DNA of 64,000 nucleotides from Minisyncoccota bacterium (GCA_041674225.1 JBAYWG010000002.1:34841-98840); one strand, 5' to 3'; shown: positions 22,023 through 31,741, counted from the stretch's first letter. Numbers and translations: made by a program. Notes: generated by a model not told the origin, from the sequence alone.

Positions 22023-22053
22023 AAAGCCGCGGACCTTGGTCCGCGGCTTTTTT
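22023..22053. terminator. Bidirectional terminator between convergent genes
   Basis: AAAGCCGCGGAC-CTTG-GTCCGCGGCTTT plus T run. Confidence 0.8.
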
Positions 22054-22054
22054 A

Positions 22055-22420
22055 CTAAGTAAAAGCATATAGTACTAGAGCATTTATTACTAAATGCAGA
22101 GTATTATCTACAATTACAGTTAACCAAAAACCTAACCAAATCGGCACTTCGATTTCATTCGCGGAAGACCAAAGCCGAATTGGACAGATATAATTTCGAG
22201 CCATGCAAACGTATTTTGCTAGTGAAAATCTATCAATCAAGAAATGAGTTCCTGAAATCAGAATCAATGCATAAACATTTGTGGTCAAAACACAAAACGG
22301 AAGAGTATAAAACATTGCATGAACGAAAGCTGGGAAGCTTTGTTTATTTTTATTCAAACCCATCCATCCTGACTGAAGCACGTAATCGCCAACTAAATGA
22401 GCTAGGAGTTCATAATACAT
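22055..22420 (-). CDS. DUF3307 family membrane protein
   Basis: AHLVGDYVLQ...K...H..FY...HFLIDR...DNTLH. Confidence 0.85.
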   Translation of the reverse strand: MYYELLAHLVGDYVLQSGWMGLNKNKQSFPAFVHAMFYTLPFCVLTTNVYALILISGTHFLIDRFSLAKYVCMARNYICPIRLWSSANEIEVPIWLGFWLTVIVDNTLHLVINALVLYAFT

Positions 22421-22525
22421 ATTCGAGGATCCTTTCGACTATAATTACATCACCTATGTGATTTATTTAAAAATAAAATGTCGAAAAAAGCGACACTTTT
22501 TTTGAATATATGCTAGACTTCCAAT

Positions 22526-23266
22526 ATGATAGATACATCTATGAATACATTAAAAAGTTTGGGTTTATCAGATAAACATTCCAAGATTTATTTAGTGGCT
22601 TTAGAAAACGGAGAATGCACCGTAAGTTTTCTGGCTCAAAAAAGTGGCGTAAAGAGAACTACTGTTTACGAAATTGTAGAAGACTTAGTTGATGATGGAT
22701 TTTTGTTTGAAACACAAGTTGGTAAGAAGACTCTGTATGGAGCCGTAACCCCAAGACAAATTTTAAAATTAAAAAGACGAGCACTTGAGAGAGTTGAAGA
22801 AGAAATAAATCATTTAGAAGCAAAACATTATTCTTCTTTTGATATTCCTAAAATAAAGTTTCATTATGGAAGTGTTGGGTTTAAAAATATTTGGGATGAT
22901 ATTTTGGATCACACTAAAAAAGAATACAAAATAATTACAAACGGATCTATTTTTGAAAAATACATTACAAATAATTATTTATTTGACGAGATTATAAAAA
23001 AGAAAAAAGATAAAGGTTTGTTTAGTAAACAGCTAATTGTTGATTCTGGGCTGGCTAAAAGAATCATTGCCAGAGACAAACAAGATAATAGAGTCACCAG
23101 AACTTTGCCGCCAGATACTCAGATAGAATTCACCGAAGTTATTTCTGATTCTTCTGTAGCCTTTATTTCTGAGCCTGAACACAACTTTCAATTTATTGTT
23201 GAAAGTAAAGCCTTTGCACACTTCAGAAGACAGTTATTTGATGTTGTTTGGGATGGTTGTAAATAA
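22526..23266 (+). CDS. TrmB family transcriptional regulator
   Basis: L..LGLS....IYL..LE.G......LA..SG.KRTTVY. Confidence 0.88.
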   Translation: MIDTSMNTLKSLGLSDKHSKIYLVALENGECTVSFLAQKSGVKRTTVYEIVEDLVDDGFLFETQVGKKTLYGAVTPRQILKLKRRALERVEEEINHLEAKHYSSFDIPKIKFHYGSVGFKNIWDDILDHTKKEYKIITNGSIFEKYITNNYLFDEIIKKKKDKGLFSKQLIVDSGLAKRIIARDKQDNRVTRTLPPDTQIEFTEVISDSSVAFISEPEHNFQFIVESKAFAHFRRQLFDVVWDGCK

Positions 23267-23329
23267 ATTATAAAGACATACATTTATATAGTAGTATTTA
23301 ATGGTGTAAAAACACTAGATTGGAAAAGA

Positions 23330-23363
23330 AAAAACCCCGCATCGGCTTCGCCGATGCGGAGGT
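23330..23363 (-). terminator. Terminator of the lemA operon
   Basis: A-tract then CCGCATCGGC-TTC-GCCGATGCGG. Confidence 0.75.
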
Positions 23364-23373
23364 GTATTTTGTC

Positions 23374-23829
23374 TTAACAGAAAACAACGTCATCTGTTAA
23401 TTCGTTGCAATCTCCAGAGTCATGAGGAGGGAAGTGCTTTGCGAGCTCTTCACCCATCTTTTTGACGGCCTCGATGATTCCCACCACCAAGTCGTCTCTC
23501 TTTGCATTTTCTGTGATGAGCTTCACCACTTCCGGCCAACCATCTTTGAAGACTGCATTGATTGCATCATCTCCATAAATGGCGACTCGATGATCAACAG
23601 GAGAAACCAAAATGATGATACCTGTGCTGTGTCGAGTATTACCGATTCCCAGTTCGTTGAACATGTGAACCGCTTTCTTCTCTACAGATACCGAGATATC
23701 TTCACCCTCAATGTGGCATGATTCTTTTGCCACACAGACTTTGATTTCACCTGCTGTTTTGAACTCAGCGATTTGAATTATGTTTCGTATGAGTGCCAGG
23801 TCCGCTATGTTTAGGATGTGATTTTTCAT
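23374..23829 (-). CDS. TPM domain protein
   Basis: I..AE.KT.GEI.V...F..LG...T....G..I......I.GD..I...NEL.D. Confidence 0.85.
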   Translation of the reverse strand: MKNHILNIADLALIRNIIQIAEFKTAGEIKVCVAKESCHIEGEDISVSVEKKAVHMFNELGIGNTRHSTGIIILVSPVDHRVAIYGDDAINAVFKDGWPEVVKLITENAKRDDLVVGIIEAVKKMGEELAKHFPPHDSGDCNELTDDVVFC

Positions 23830-23831
23830 TG

Positions 23832-24659
23832 TTACCAGCTACCAGAGGCGCCTCCACCACCAAAACTTCCACCACCAAAACTCGAATTCGAAGAAGATGA
23901 ATATCCACTAGAGTAGCTTCCACTTGAAGAAGATCCTCCTCCTTCACTTTCAGCTATTATTCTGAGAATAAATCCCCCGATGACACCTACGATCGCACCA
24001 AGGATAACCCCCAAGATGATAAATCCGGGTCCGAAAAGAATCCAGAATATAAAACCTCCGATAATTCCTCCAGAGATACCGCCTGCTATCCATTGGAATG
24101 CGCCGATTAGAGCTATCACAAAAGCGCATGCTCCAAGTACTAACAGATTTACATCCGAAGATATTTCTTCTTGGACGTTTTCTTCTGTGTACTCTCCATC
24201 AATGACTTTGATAATCATGTCGACACCACTTTTGATGCCTTCATAAAAATTTCCGTCTTTGAATTCGGGTGTGATTTCTCCATCGACAATCCGACCTGAT
24301 AGAACGTCAGTAAGTGTTCCCTCAAGACCATAACCAACTTCTATTCGAATCTTCCTATCTCTTTTTGAGATGAGGAGAAGGACACCGTTGTCCTTCTCCT
24401 TTTTTCCGACACCCCATTGTTGAGCGACTTTTACAGAGTATTGTTCGAGAACTTCTCCTTCAAGTGAATCAATAATGAGCACAGCTATTTCGTTGGAGGT
24501 TGTCTTTTTGTAAGAAAGTAACAACTCTTCCAACTCAGCTTCCTGATTTGTTTTGAGCATTTTTGCTAAGTCTGTCACATGACCCGAAGGTTCAGGAACA
24601 TCTTTTGCAAAAATGCTCGTAGCCAACATAATGCTGGCTAGGAAAACAATAATTCTCAT
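23832..24659 (-). CDS. TPM domain (YgcG-like) protein with Gly-rich tail
   Basis: V.DLA..L, WGVG....DNGVLL, RIEVGYGLEG, C-terminal GGGSFGGGGASGSW. Confidence 0.92.
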   Translation of the reverse strand: MRIIVFLASIMLATSIFAKDVPEPSGHVTDLAKMLKTNQEAELEELLLSYKKTTSNEIAVLIIDSLEGEVLEQYSVKVAQQWGVGKKEKDNGVLLLISKRDRKIRIEVGYGLEGTLTDVLSGRIVDGEITPEFKDGNFYEGIKSGVDMIIKVIDGEYTEENVQEEISSDVNLLVLGACAFVIALIGAFQWIAGGISGGIIGGFIFWILFGPGFIILGVILGAIVGVIGGFILRIIAESEGGGSSSSGSYSSGYSSSSNSSFGGGSFGGGGASGSW

Positions 24660-24662
24660 TCT

Positions 24663-25256
24663 TTATTGAAACGAAACTTTCGGCGCGATTTCTGAACCTG
24701 CGGTAGCCTCGAATGACTGGCGCACATTAACACCAGACATTCCAGAGACCATCCGTCCCAAGATTCCACGAACAGATTTGTTCAGTGCCGCAACGTCCGC
24801 GTTGTATCTTTGTCTTGCGACATTGATACGATTTTCCGTTCCTTCCAGCTGATGCTGAAGATCGAGGAAGTTTTGATTTGCTTTTAGGTCTGGGTATTTT
24901 TCAACCGTAACCAAAAGGCGACTCAGAGCGCTGGACATTTGTTCCTGTGCACCTACAAGTTTTTGCATCGCAGCAGCGTCGAGCTCTCCGGCAGTCCCAA
25001 TTTCAGCTTGAATATTGGTCACCTGTTGTCTTGCTTCAGTAACTGCTTGTAGCGTTTCTTTTTCGTGAGCGGCGTAGCCTTTCACTGTTTCAACAAGGGA
25101 AGGGATGAGGTCTGCGCGACGTTGATACGTGGCTTCGACATCACCCCAGGATTTGTTGGCGTTTTCGTCATTGTTGATTTGGTTGTTGTAGATCCCCGCA
25201 ACTGTAATAAGGATGATCCCTAAAAGGGTTGTGATTATGATTAGTGCTTTGTTCAT
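24663..25256 (-). CDS. lemA: LemA family protein
   Basis: YQRRADLIP.LVETVKGYA.HE, EKYPDLKANQNF..LQ.QLEGTENRI..AR..YN. Confidence 0.95.
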   Translation of the reverse strand: MNKALIIITTLLGIILITVAGIYNNQINNDENANKSWGDVEATYQRRADLIPSLVETVKGYAAHEKETLQAVTEARQQVTNIQAEIGTAGELDAAAMQKLVGAQEQMSSALSRLLVTVEKYPDLKANQNFLDLQHQLEGTENRINVARQRYNADVAALNKSVRGILGRMVSGMSGVNVRQSFEATAGSEIAPKVSFQ

Positions 25257-25435
25257 TAGTCGGTTTATTTTGTTTTTATTGGTTTGCTCAATCGACAAAA
25301 ATGTTGTTAATGTCCAATTGATTTCTTGCGTTTTATATCATTAAAAATATGAAAAGTCAATTATTGAGGTTGTGAAAAAGAAAAAACCCACCATCTTGCA
25401 ATGTGGGTTTATTAGATGTGTTTGTTATGAGGGTT

Positions 25436-25690
25436 TTAATTTCTGTATCGTAAAAATACAGCTATAAAAAATCCAAAAAAAACAGTAAAGAGTAAGATCA
25501 ATGCCGTTAAGAATCCATTCGATATACCATTCTCATTTTTAGAAGTCTCTATAACTGAGTCTTCGGATCCAGGAAAAAAAGTTTTAATAATAAGAAGTGT
25601 GGATACAACTATTGCTCCTGCAATTACCATTCCTATGATTGTTTCGATGTGCCCACTTTCTCTGCTCCTTTTTTGGTTTACAATTTTCAT
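25436..25690 (-). CDS. Small two-TM orphan protein
   Basis: 84 aa, two hydrophobic helices, hairpin terminator at 25383-25410. Confidence 0.55.
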   Translation of the reverse strand: MKIVNQKRSRESGHIETIIGMVIAGAIVVSTLLIIKTFFPGSEDSVIETSKNENGISNGFLTALILLFTVFFGFFIAVFLRYRN

Positions 25691-25693
25691 TGT

Positions 25694-25852
25694 TTAATCC
25701 TTTCGTTTGTATTTTATTTTTGGCGCTTCGATCGAGATAGTTTTCTGACCATCTTTTGCTACGATATATCGAAATAGTATAAAAAGAGGCATGAAAAATT
25801 CAATAAAACCCTCCTTGAAACTGTTTGTGATGATTTTGTTTATTTTACTCAT
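25694..25852 (-). CDS. Small orphan protein
   Basis: Short ORF abutting the 25436-25690 ORF. Confidence 0.35.
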   Translation of the reverse strand: MSKINKIITNSFKEGFIEFFMPLFILFRYIVAKDGQKTISIEAPKIKYKRKD

Positions 25853-25955
25853 GTTTAGGTGCTGTTTTAAAAGTAAAACTACCACTTGAGTTTATTGTGC
25901 GCAAGGCTGAAAAGAAAAAGAGCTTCACAGACTCGGGTCTGTGAAGCTTGTAATT

Positions 25956-26342
25956 TTACCAACTTAAATATGCTCGATCGAACATTCGAATCATGTCGAA
26001 GTGCATCGGAGTATTTTTCTCCGCTACGGCCATCACTTTACTCCGGTGCACGGAATAAATATTTTTTTCAATGTAACCAGAGGTCCCATCTAGATAAATA
26101 ATTACCCATTTGTTTTCCGTATCATATTCAATGATGGCAATTGTTCTGCGCACTCCGTCTTCCGGATTGAAACAGAGAATGTCTCCACGATCGGCATACT
26201 CGTTGAGTAAATTAAAGACTGCTTCCGCTTTCTTTTCTTCTTGAAGGGTTAATTTGGGATTTGATTTTGTGCATGAGCACATGATGACTGACGATACGAT
26301 CAGTCCCAGCAGGATTATTTTTTGAAGTGATTTCATGAACAT
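25956..26342 (-). CDS. Hypothetical secreted/lipoprotein-like protein
   Basis: Signal peptide with Cys; terminator AGCTTCACAGAC-TCGG-GTCTGTGAAGCT at 25921-25948. Confidence 0.6.
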   Translation of the reverse strand: MFMKSLQKIILLGLIVSSVIMCSCTKSNPKLTLQEEKKAEAVFNLLNEYADRGDILCFNPEDGVRRTIAIIEYDTENKWVIIYLDGTSGYIEKNIYSVHRSKVMAVAEKNTPMHFDMIRMFDRAYLSW

Positions 26343-26388
26343 TCAAAAAGCACATTATCATAAAGCAACATAATGTAAATAGTGTCAA

Positions 26389-26802
26389 TTAATGTTTACC
26401 CACAACTTTAAAAGTAAAAAATAAATTCATTAAATAATTGTAGCTACCAACTATTCCAGCAATAATAATTCGCGCAATCAAAAAATCAAAATTTAGTTTT
26501 TCCACAAATAAAGCCATTAATGCTACCACCATCAATAATCCAATTACTGTAACAGTTATAAAAATATAATATCCAGTCTTTAGTTCTCGTGTAGTTCTTG
26601 AAAATACAAATTTGCGGATGAAATAATAATGTATAGATACAGAAACTATAAAAGATAAAGCTGTAGATATTAGATAATTTATTAATAAAATATCTGTAAG
26701 AAAATATAATAGAAACAAATCAAGCAAAAAAGTAGAAAAACCTATTGAGAAATATTTTAGAAATCTAGATAAAGCTTTGTTCAAGGTAATTAAATTTAGC
26801 AC
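26389..26802 (-). CDS. GtrA family membrane protein
   Basis: RFLKY..IG....D..L...Y...RKFVF...NY..N..FTF, four TM helices. Confidence 0.85.
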   Translation of the reverse strand: MLNLITLNKALSRFLKYFSIGFSTFLLDLFLLYFLTDILLINYLISTALSFIVSVSIHYYFIRKFVFSRTTRELKTGYYIFITVTVIGLLMVVALMALFVEKLNFDFLIARIIIAGIVGSYNYLMNLFFTFKVVGKH

Positions 26803-26831
26803 TTTTAAATTTATACTAAGATTGGTTTTTG

Positions 26832-27257
26832 TTAAAAATCCTTCAAAGCTTCATTAGTTTGAGATTCACTTCCTCTTTCGCCGTCTACGTATTGTTGAAG
26901 GTCTTCTTCGGTAACAGGGAACACTTGTCCGTCAACTTCTATTTCTTTTAACACATTTTGTGTTTTTCTATAATTGATGGTTTGACCTGGAACTATTTCT
27001 ATACCTTTCATCAAAGCAATTTCTTTTACTATTCTACCCTCATTAATACTTTCATCGACTCGCGCTGCCGCTCTGTCAAATCTGTCAGGTTTAAATCCAT
27101 CATCTGTTTTTTGTGTTTCTGAATCACTACATGCATTTAAAGCCGCCATTGTAAGAACTGCTCCAAATGTCTGTGCCATTTGTTTAATTCCTTTGTAATT
27201 CTTTTTCTCTTCTTTCGGTTGTTCCGCTTCAGGTTCAATATATCTTTCCATATTCAT
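26832..27257 (-). CDS. Hypothetical protein
   Basis: 141-aa ORF with a LNAC lipobox-like segment. Confidence 0.55.
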   Translation of the reverse strand: MNMERYIEPEAEQPKEEKKNYKGIKQMAQTFGAVLTMAALNACSDSETQKTDDGFKPDRFDRAAARVDESINEGRIVKEIALMKGIEIVPGQTINYRKTQNVLKEIEVDGQVFPVTEEDLQQYVDGERGSESQTNEALKDF

Positions 27258-27326
27258 ATGATGATAATTATATACTAGTTAGAAAAGAAAAAACCCGCCA
27301 GCGACGCTGGCGGGTTGGTTTGTTCT

Positions 27327-27629
27327 TTACTCGACCACAATGATAGTGCCCGATTTAGGATCAAGAATTCTCAAAAGCTGCCCACTTAAATCACTTTTGA
27401 GTTCGTTTATAGCATCCAGTGTTCTTTGACGACTATCGTCATCTCCGAGATGAAGCACATTTGCAATTCCTCCGGCGTAATGCCAGTCGACTTGAGCTCC
27501 AGCTTTTTTTGCGACAGCTTGCACCCATTCCTCAACGGCGTTAGAACTCCCATAGATTGTGCAAATTGTACTACCTTCTTTGAAAATTTTGGGGTCGCAA
27601 GGTTTTGGGGTAGGTCCATCAGTTGCCAT
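27327..27629 (-). CDS. Hypothetical protein
   Basis: 100-aa ORF with own terminator AACCCGCCAGC-GAC-GCTGGCGGGTT (27292-27316) and TTGACA at 27701-27706. Confidence 0.6.
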   Translation of the reverse strand: MATDGPTPKPCDPKIFKEGSTICTIYGSSNAVEEWVQAVAKKAGAQVDWHYAGGIANVLHLGDDDSRQRTLDAINELKSDLSGQLLRILDPKSGTIIVVE

Positions 27630-27702
27630 AGTTTTGTTTTCCTTTCGTTTTTGTTGAATTAGAGCTAATCAATTAATAAATTATCACATAATATTACATG
27701 TG

Positions 27703-27963
27703 TCAATTTTTATAAACAAAAAACTGCACAACGACAACCCAAGACATTATTGATCCGATGGACATTGGAATAATGATAACTAAGTCTTTTAAAACAATTC
27801 CGTAGATAACCCAAAAGCTATATGAAATTGCGAGGATAAAGAAGTAGAAGAAAGATAATCCTTCCATACTTTTTCTTTGCTTATTCTTTTTAACTTGAGA
27901 ACTTAATCCAAGTCCTGTTACGACTAATGAGAGTATGACGGTGATAATTCCGATTGGTGACAT
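27703..27963 (-). CDS. SemiSWEET / PQ-loop family transporter
   Basis: 86 aa, three TM, (P>S)Q..K....KS..GLS.......W..YG. Confidence 0.75.
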   Translation of the reverse strand: MSPIGIITVILSLVVTGLGLSSQVKKNKQRKSMEGLSFFYFFILAISYSFWVIYGIVLKDLVIIIPMSIGSIMSWVVVVQFFVYKN

Positions 27964-28012
27964 GAGGAAATTGTAACAGAAAAAACAAAATTAAATTGTT
28001 ATAATTAATCTC

Positions 28013-28468
28013 ATGGAAAATATACCAATACAAAAACATATGGGAGTGTATGGAGTTGCAATGAAAGATGGAAATATATTATTGATTAAAAAATCCAGAG
28101 GTCCTTATACCGGTATGTATGATCTGCCAGGTGGAAGAATAGAGGAGGGGGAGAAAATTGAAGATGCTTTGCATAGAGAATTTATTGAAGAAGTTGGTTG
28201 TGAAATTAAGGAACTTTCGTTTTTAACTCAAGAGGAGGATAGTCTTGAGTACATGCATCCAGCGCAGGGAAATACACTTTTTGAACATTCAGGAACTTAC
28301 TACAATGTGGTTTTGTCGGACTATTGTGAAATCAAAGACGAGCCTGATGAGCATGATTCGCTTGGTGCTGAATGGATTAATTTGCAGGATGCATACGATG
28401 GAAAAATTCAAGTTCCAAATATTGTAAAGAAAGTTTTGGATTGTTGTGTTGCTTCGGAGATAATATAA
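28013..28468 (+). CDS. NUDIX hydrolase
   Basis: Nudix box PGGRIEEGE....ALHREF.EEVG. Confidence 0.92.
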   Translation: MENIPIQKHMGVYGVAMKDGNILLIKKSRGPYTGMYDLPGGRIEEGEKIEDALHREFIEEVGCEIKELSFLTQEEDSLEYMHPAQGNTLFEHSGTYYNVVLSDYCEIKDEPDEHDSLGAEWINLQDAYDGKIQVPNIVKKVLDCCVASEII

Positions 28469-28510
28469 AAAGAGCACACCCGCATTTCTGCAAAGTGTGC
28501 TCTCGCTCTT

Positions 28511-29098
28511 CTATGGAAGCCAATGATCAGGACACTGTACATAAATAATTCCAGAATTGATATTTTGGAGTTTCTCGATGAAACCTCTGATTGTCACTGG
28601 CATTTGAAGAACTTTTTCACCCTCCTCGAGATCTCTTTGCTCTGCAGATCTACTTGAACCATCTGGAATCCAGAATTTATCGCGTAGTCTGCGCAAAGCT
28701 TTCGTTTCCAATTCCATTTCAGCAAAAGGTAAATCATCTGGGAGACTCCGCACATATTCTTCGGATTTACCTTCGATTTCTGCCAGTGCTTTGTAAAATT
28801 TTGCAGCGGCATGTGCGAGTGTCCATGATGGTCTAATAACTTCACACCCACAAGGTAAACATTGTCCTCGTTGGAGTTGCTTTAGTTGATTTGTCCGTTC
28901 AGCTTCGCTCTCAGCAGAAGGGAATTCAACTGTTACTCGAGCTCTAAGTTTTGGCAGGTGACGGCTGAATCCAATCATTCGATCGTGACACTTCTCGCAC
29001 TTCTCGATGTGATCATCAATCTCTGACAAGTATTGTTTAATAAAACTGTGAAAGTCAAAATTTCTCTCCTGTATTATTTCATGTATTTTCATTGGCAC
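28511..29098 (-). CDS. Cys-rich orphan protein
   Basis: 195 aa with CEKCH, CLPCGC, CPDH; hairpin at 28471-28503. Confidence 0.6.
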   Translation of the reverse strand: MPMKIHEIIQERNFDFHSFIKQYLSEIDDHIEKCEKCHDRMIGFSRHLPKLRARVTVEFPSAESEAERTNQLKQLQRGQCLPCGCEVIRPSWTLAHAAAKFYKALAEIEGKSEEYVRSLPDDLPFAEMELETKALRRLRDKFWIPDGSSRSAEQRDLEEGEKVLQMPVTIRGFIEKLQNINSGIIYVQCPDHWLP

Positions 29099-29232
29099 TT
29101 TAAAGTACTAGTTGGTCTTAATCGTCATATTATATTTTTTAGGTTAAAAGTAAAGATGATATTTTAAAAAGAAAAAAGACCCTCAGAGATTTGAACTCAG
29201 TCAGGTCTTGTAGCAACTTCAGTTTCAGGATG

Positions 29233-29421
29233 CTAAGCCTTTACCCACTCGAGCTTTTCCGTAGTGCCAGGGAACGAGGAATGGACGTGGAACCAAAACG
29301 ACCAGGATCCAGGGCAGGCAATCGTTTCGAATTCATGGTATTCACGGTCTTTCTCGTGGTCCTCGTTGCTCTGGAAGATTCCTTGTGGGTAGTTGATGAA
29401 TGCGATAAGGTACTTGGGCAT
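29233..29421 (-). CDS. Small orphan protein just distal to the first array repeat
   Basis: TTGACA-16-TATAAT (29456-29429) with ATG 7 nt downstream; hairpin near 29177-29208. Confidence 0.45.
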   Translation of the reverse strand: MPKYLIAFINYPQGIFQSNEDHEKDREYHEFETIACPGSWSFWFHVHSSFPGTTEKLEWVKA

Positions 29422-29461
29422 AATCAAAATTATAATATAAATATTAGATATGTCAAATGTT

Positions 29462-29493
29462 TACTATGCGGACTTGTACTAGTCCGAACTAGT
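29462..29493. repeat. Array site 1 (6 mismatches to consensus)
   Basis: TACTATGCGGACTTGTACTAGTCCGAACTAGT. Confidence 0.85.
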
Positions 29494-29575
29494 TTAGTGG
29501 GTAGAGAAAAACTAAACAATAAGAAAACCCACTGCAAGCAGGGGTTCCTGTTGAGTGGGTTCAAGCTCCTAATTG

Positions 29576-29806
29576 TTATAGAGTGTTCACAAAGATAATC
29601 AATTGCATAAGTAGAAGACTGAGTTCGTAATCCACGATGCGATCATAGTCGATCTTTGTTTTTGTTGCTGTAAACATCTCTTCGACAATCAGTTGCTGTT
29701 CAGGGTTCAGGTACTTCTGTGTATTCACACCTCTGGAAACAAAATCTGCCATGCTTCCGTAATTGCTTTCTAGTGATTTTACAAAGTTGAATGCGTTTTG
29801 CGTCAT
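29576..29806 (-). CDS. Cassette ORFan, 76 aa
   Basis: Sole ORF between sites 1 and 2, with promoter and terminator. Confidence 0.6.
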   Translation of the reverse strand: MTQNAFNFVKSLESNYGSMADFVSRGVNTQKYLNPEQQLIVEEMFTATKTKIDYDRIVDYELSLLLMQLIIFVNTL

Positions 29807-29887
29807 CTGTTTTCGGTTGGTTGATTGTGAAAAGTAAAAAAATCTTTCAAATAAATAATAACACTCTATAATTATTTGTCAAATATT

Positions 29888-29919
29888 TAATCAACAGACA
29901 TGTGTTGGTCCGAACCAGT
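29888..29919. repeat. Array site 2 (9 mismatches, most decayed)
   Basis: TAATCAACAGACATGTGTTGGTCCGAACCAGT, preceded by TGTCAAATATT as at other copies. Confidence 0.7.
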
Positions 29920-29984
29920 TGGTAGCGTAGGAAAATAAAAAACTCCACTATCTTGCAATAGTGGGTTTCTGGGTTGAGTGTGAT

Positions 29985-30167
29985 TTATAATCCAAAATCT
30001 TCTTCCTTTGGCATTTTTTTCAACCACCGCTCTCTCATGATTTTGGCATTTTCCTTCCTTTGTGAACCTTTTCCCATTAAGTATACGTACTCATTGAAAC
30101 TAAATGGACCTTTAAGCCCCCAACAGAAGAAGCTCCAAATGTATCTTATCTTTCGGACTATTTTCAT
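29985..30167 (-). CDS. Cassette ORFan, 60 aa
   Basis: ORF between sites 2 and 3. Confidence 0.5.
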   Translation of the reverse strand: MKIVRKIRYIWSFFCWGLKGPFSFNEYVYLMGKGSQRKENAKIMRERWLKKMPKEEDFGL

Positions 30168-30211
30168 TCTAATTTAGATAAAAACATTATTATAAATCTT
30201 TGTCAAATATT

Positions 30212-30243
30212 TACTCCGCGGACTGAGACTAGTCCGAACCAGT
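30212..30243. repeat. Array site 3 (4 mismatches)
   Basis: TACTCCGCGGACTGAGACTAGTCCGAACCAGT. Confidence 0.9.
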
Positions 30244-30350
30244 AACAATATTTGAAAATAATTATACAAAATAGAATCCGCCCAGATCCTTAGTCGGAGC
30301 TGGGCGGATGAAGTATCGGGTAGAACTTTTTCGAATTACACTGCCTCTGT

Positions 30351-30644
30351 CTAGAAACGAAGCTTAGCGATGATTTGTTCAAAAAGGTTCTCACCTTCAA
30401 CGATTTCTGCACATGTAACTATGCACGGATGGTTGTCGGGGTGCTGTTGAACGTGGATGTGTAATTCCACAAACGGTGGCCACACCCGAATCTCTTGCTT
30501 GCCATCATGAATAAGAACGTGTGCGTTTGTCACATCATCATCTTCGCTGAGGAGTGTGACGTTGGATATTCTCGATAAGTATTCCTGGAGAGCTGTGGCA
30601 AGAGGACTATCTTCAAGTCTGATACAAATCAAAGTGTGGTTCAT
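30351..30644 (-). CDS. Cassette ORFan, 97 aa
   Basis: Between sites 3 and 4; terminator ATCCGCCCAG...CTGGGCGGAT at 30276-30309. Confidence 0.6.
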   Translation of the reverse strand: MNHTLICIRLEDSPLATALQEYLSRISNVTLLSEDDDVTNAHVLIHDGKQEIRVWPPFVELHIHVQQHPDNHPCIVTCAEIVEGENLFEQIIAKLRF

Positions 30645-30701
30645 GGGTATTGTAGTTTATGTTGTTTACTTGGACAGAATGCGAAAGTACTTTTAAACAA
30701 T

Positions 30702-30730
30702 ATTATAATACATATTTATAAATATGTCAA
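30702..30730 (-). promoter_or_regulatory. Consensus sigma70 promoter of the cassette
   Basis: TTGACA-17 bp-TATAAT on the minus strand, 4 nt from site 4. Confidence 0.8.
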
Positions 30731-30734
30731 ACAA

Positions 30735-30766
30735 TGCTCCGCGGGCTTGAGCTAATCCGAACTAGT
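30735..30766. repeat. Array site 4 (4 mismatches)
   Basis: TGCTCCGCGGGCTTGAGCTAATCCGAACTAGT. Confidence 0.9.
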
Positions 30767-30839
30767 GTGGTGGTGTAGGAAATAAAAAACCCACTATCTC
30801 ACGACAGGGATTTCCTGGTTGAGATAAAGGGTTGTGGAT

Positions 30840-31097
30840 TCAACGGCAACTGTTGATATAGGTCGCGAGCGACAGGGTCATTTCGTAGCTTTCGATATCA
30901 GCATCTACGTCACCTTTAACGGTAACGGGTTTCGAAAAGATACTTGTTACTTTAGTGTAAACAAAAAACTGTTGTCGTTCACTCAGGATGGCTTCTTCAT
31001 TGATGGCGTCTCTGAGTTCACCGAGGAAGTGCCATTGGAAAGAGTCGGTTTTGAATTCCTTTGACATTTCATTTAAAAAATCTCTCGCGCTTTGCAT
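30840..31097 (-). CDS. Cassette ORFan, 85 aa
   Basis: Between sites 4 and 5. Confidence 0.6.
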   Translation of the reverse strand: MQSARDFLNEMSKEFKTDSFQWHFLGELRDAINEEAILSERQQFFVYTKVTSIFSKPVTVKGDVDADIESYEMTLSLATYINSCR

Positions 31098-31168
31098 TCG
31101 TTGGTTTTTGGTTGATTGTGAAATAACTTCTTCAATAAAATATAATAAATATTCAGTTTAGTCAATTT

Positions 31169-31200
31169 TGCTCCCTTTAGTGGACGAGTTTAGAACTCAG
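31169..31200. repeat. Divergent array site 5
   Basis: TGCTCC-17 nt-AGAACT; reads LLPLVDEFRTQNW...stop at 31278. Confidence 0.6.
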
Positions 31201-31296
31201 AATTGGGTTGAAATAAAAAGGGAAGTTGAAATTTTCGGGATTTGGAGTTTGTTTCAAAGCATAGAAATAAGTAATTAATTTTAGTATCATTGGAGG

Positions 31297-31719
31297 ATGA
31301 GTAAACCATCTATGACACCCGTTGGAGCATATTACTTGTTCATATTTTTTATTGTTGGTGTTGCATTTGTATTATTTTTACATTTAGCACTAGTTCAAGA
31401 GGTTGTATTTTTTCAAAACATATATACAAATGGAATTATTATTTTGAGTTTTGTGATGTTATCCCTAGTTGTCCCTTTTAATATTAAGGAAATCATAGGA
31501 CAAAAAATAATCCCAATTTTTAAAATGTTTATAGCAATTAGAGGTGGTAGAGGAAGTTTTGACTTATTTGAATCAGAAGTGCAAGAACGAGCGAGGTTGC
31601 GCGTTGAATTGGATAGTAAAATAAAATCCAATACATTACTTTATTCTGTTTTTGTTGTACTTATTATTATCTCAATAATCGGCTTTATTGGTTTAATGAT
31701 TTATTCCGCAACTTTTTAA
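31297..31719 (+). CDS. Three-TM membrane protein (only plus-strand gene in the array)
   Basis: 140 aa, hydrophobic; between divergent sites 5 and 6. Confidence 0.6.
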   Translation: MSKPSMTPVGAYYLFIFFIVGVAFVLFLHLALVQEVVFFQNIYTNGIIILSFVMLSLVVPFNIKEIIGQKIIPIFKMFIAIRGGRGSFDLFESEVQERARLRVELDSKIKSNTLLYSVFVVLIIISIIGFIGLMIYSATF

Positions 31720-31741
31720 ACACTTTACTATGCTTTACAAT

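Noticed and set aside
22023-22050. CCGCGGAC...GTCCG resembling the array site
   Set aside because: Lacks the TGCT core and GAACC; it is a perfect hairpin with A/T tracts between convergent genes, i.e. a terminator.
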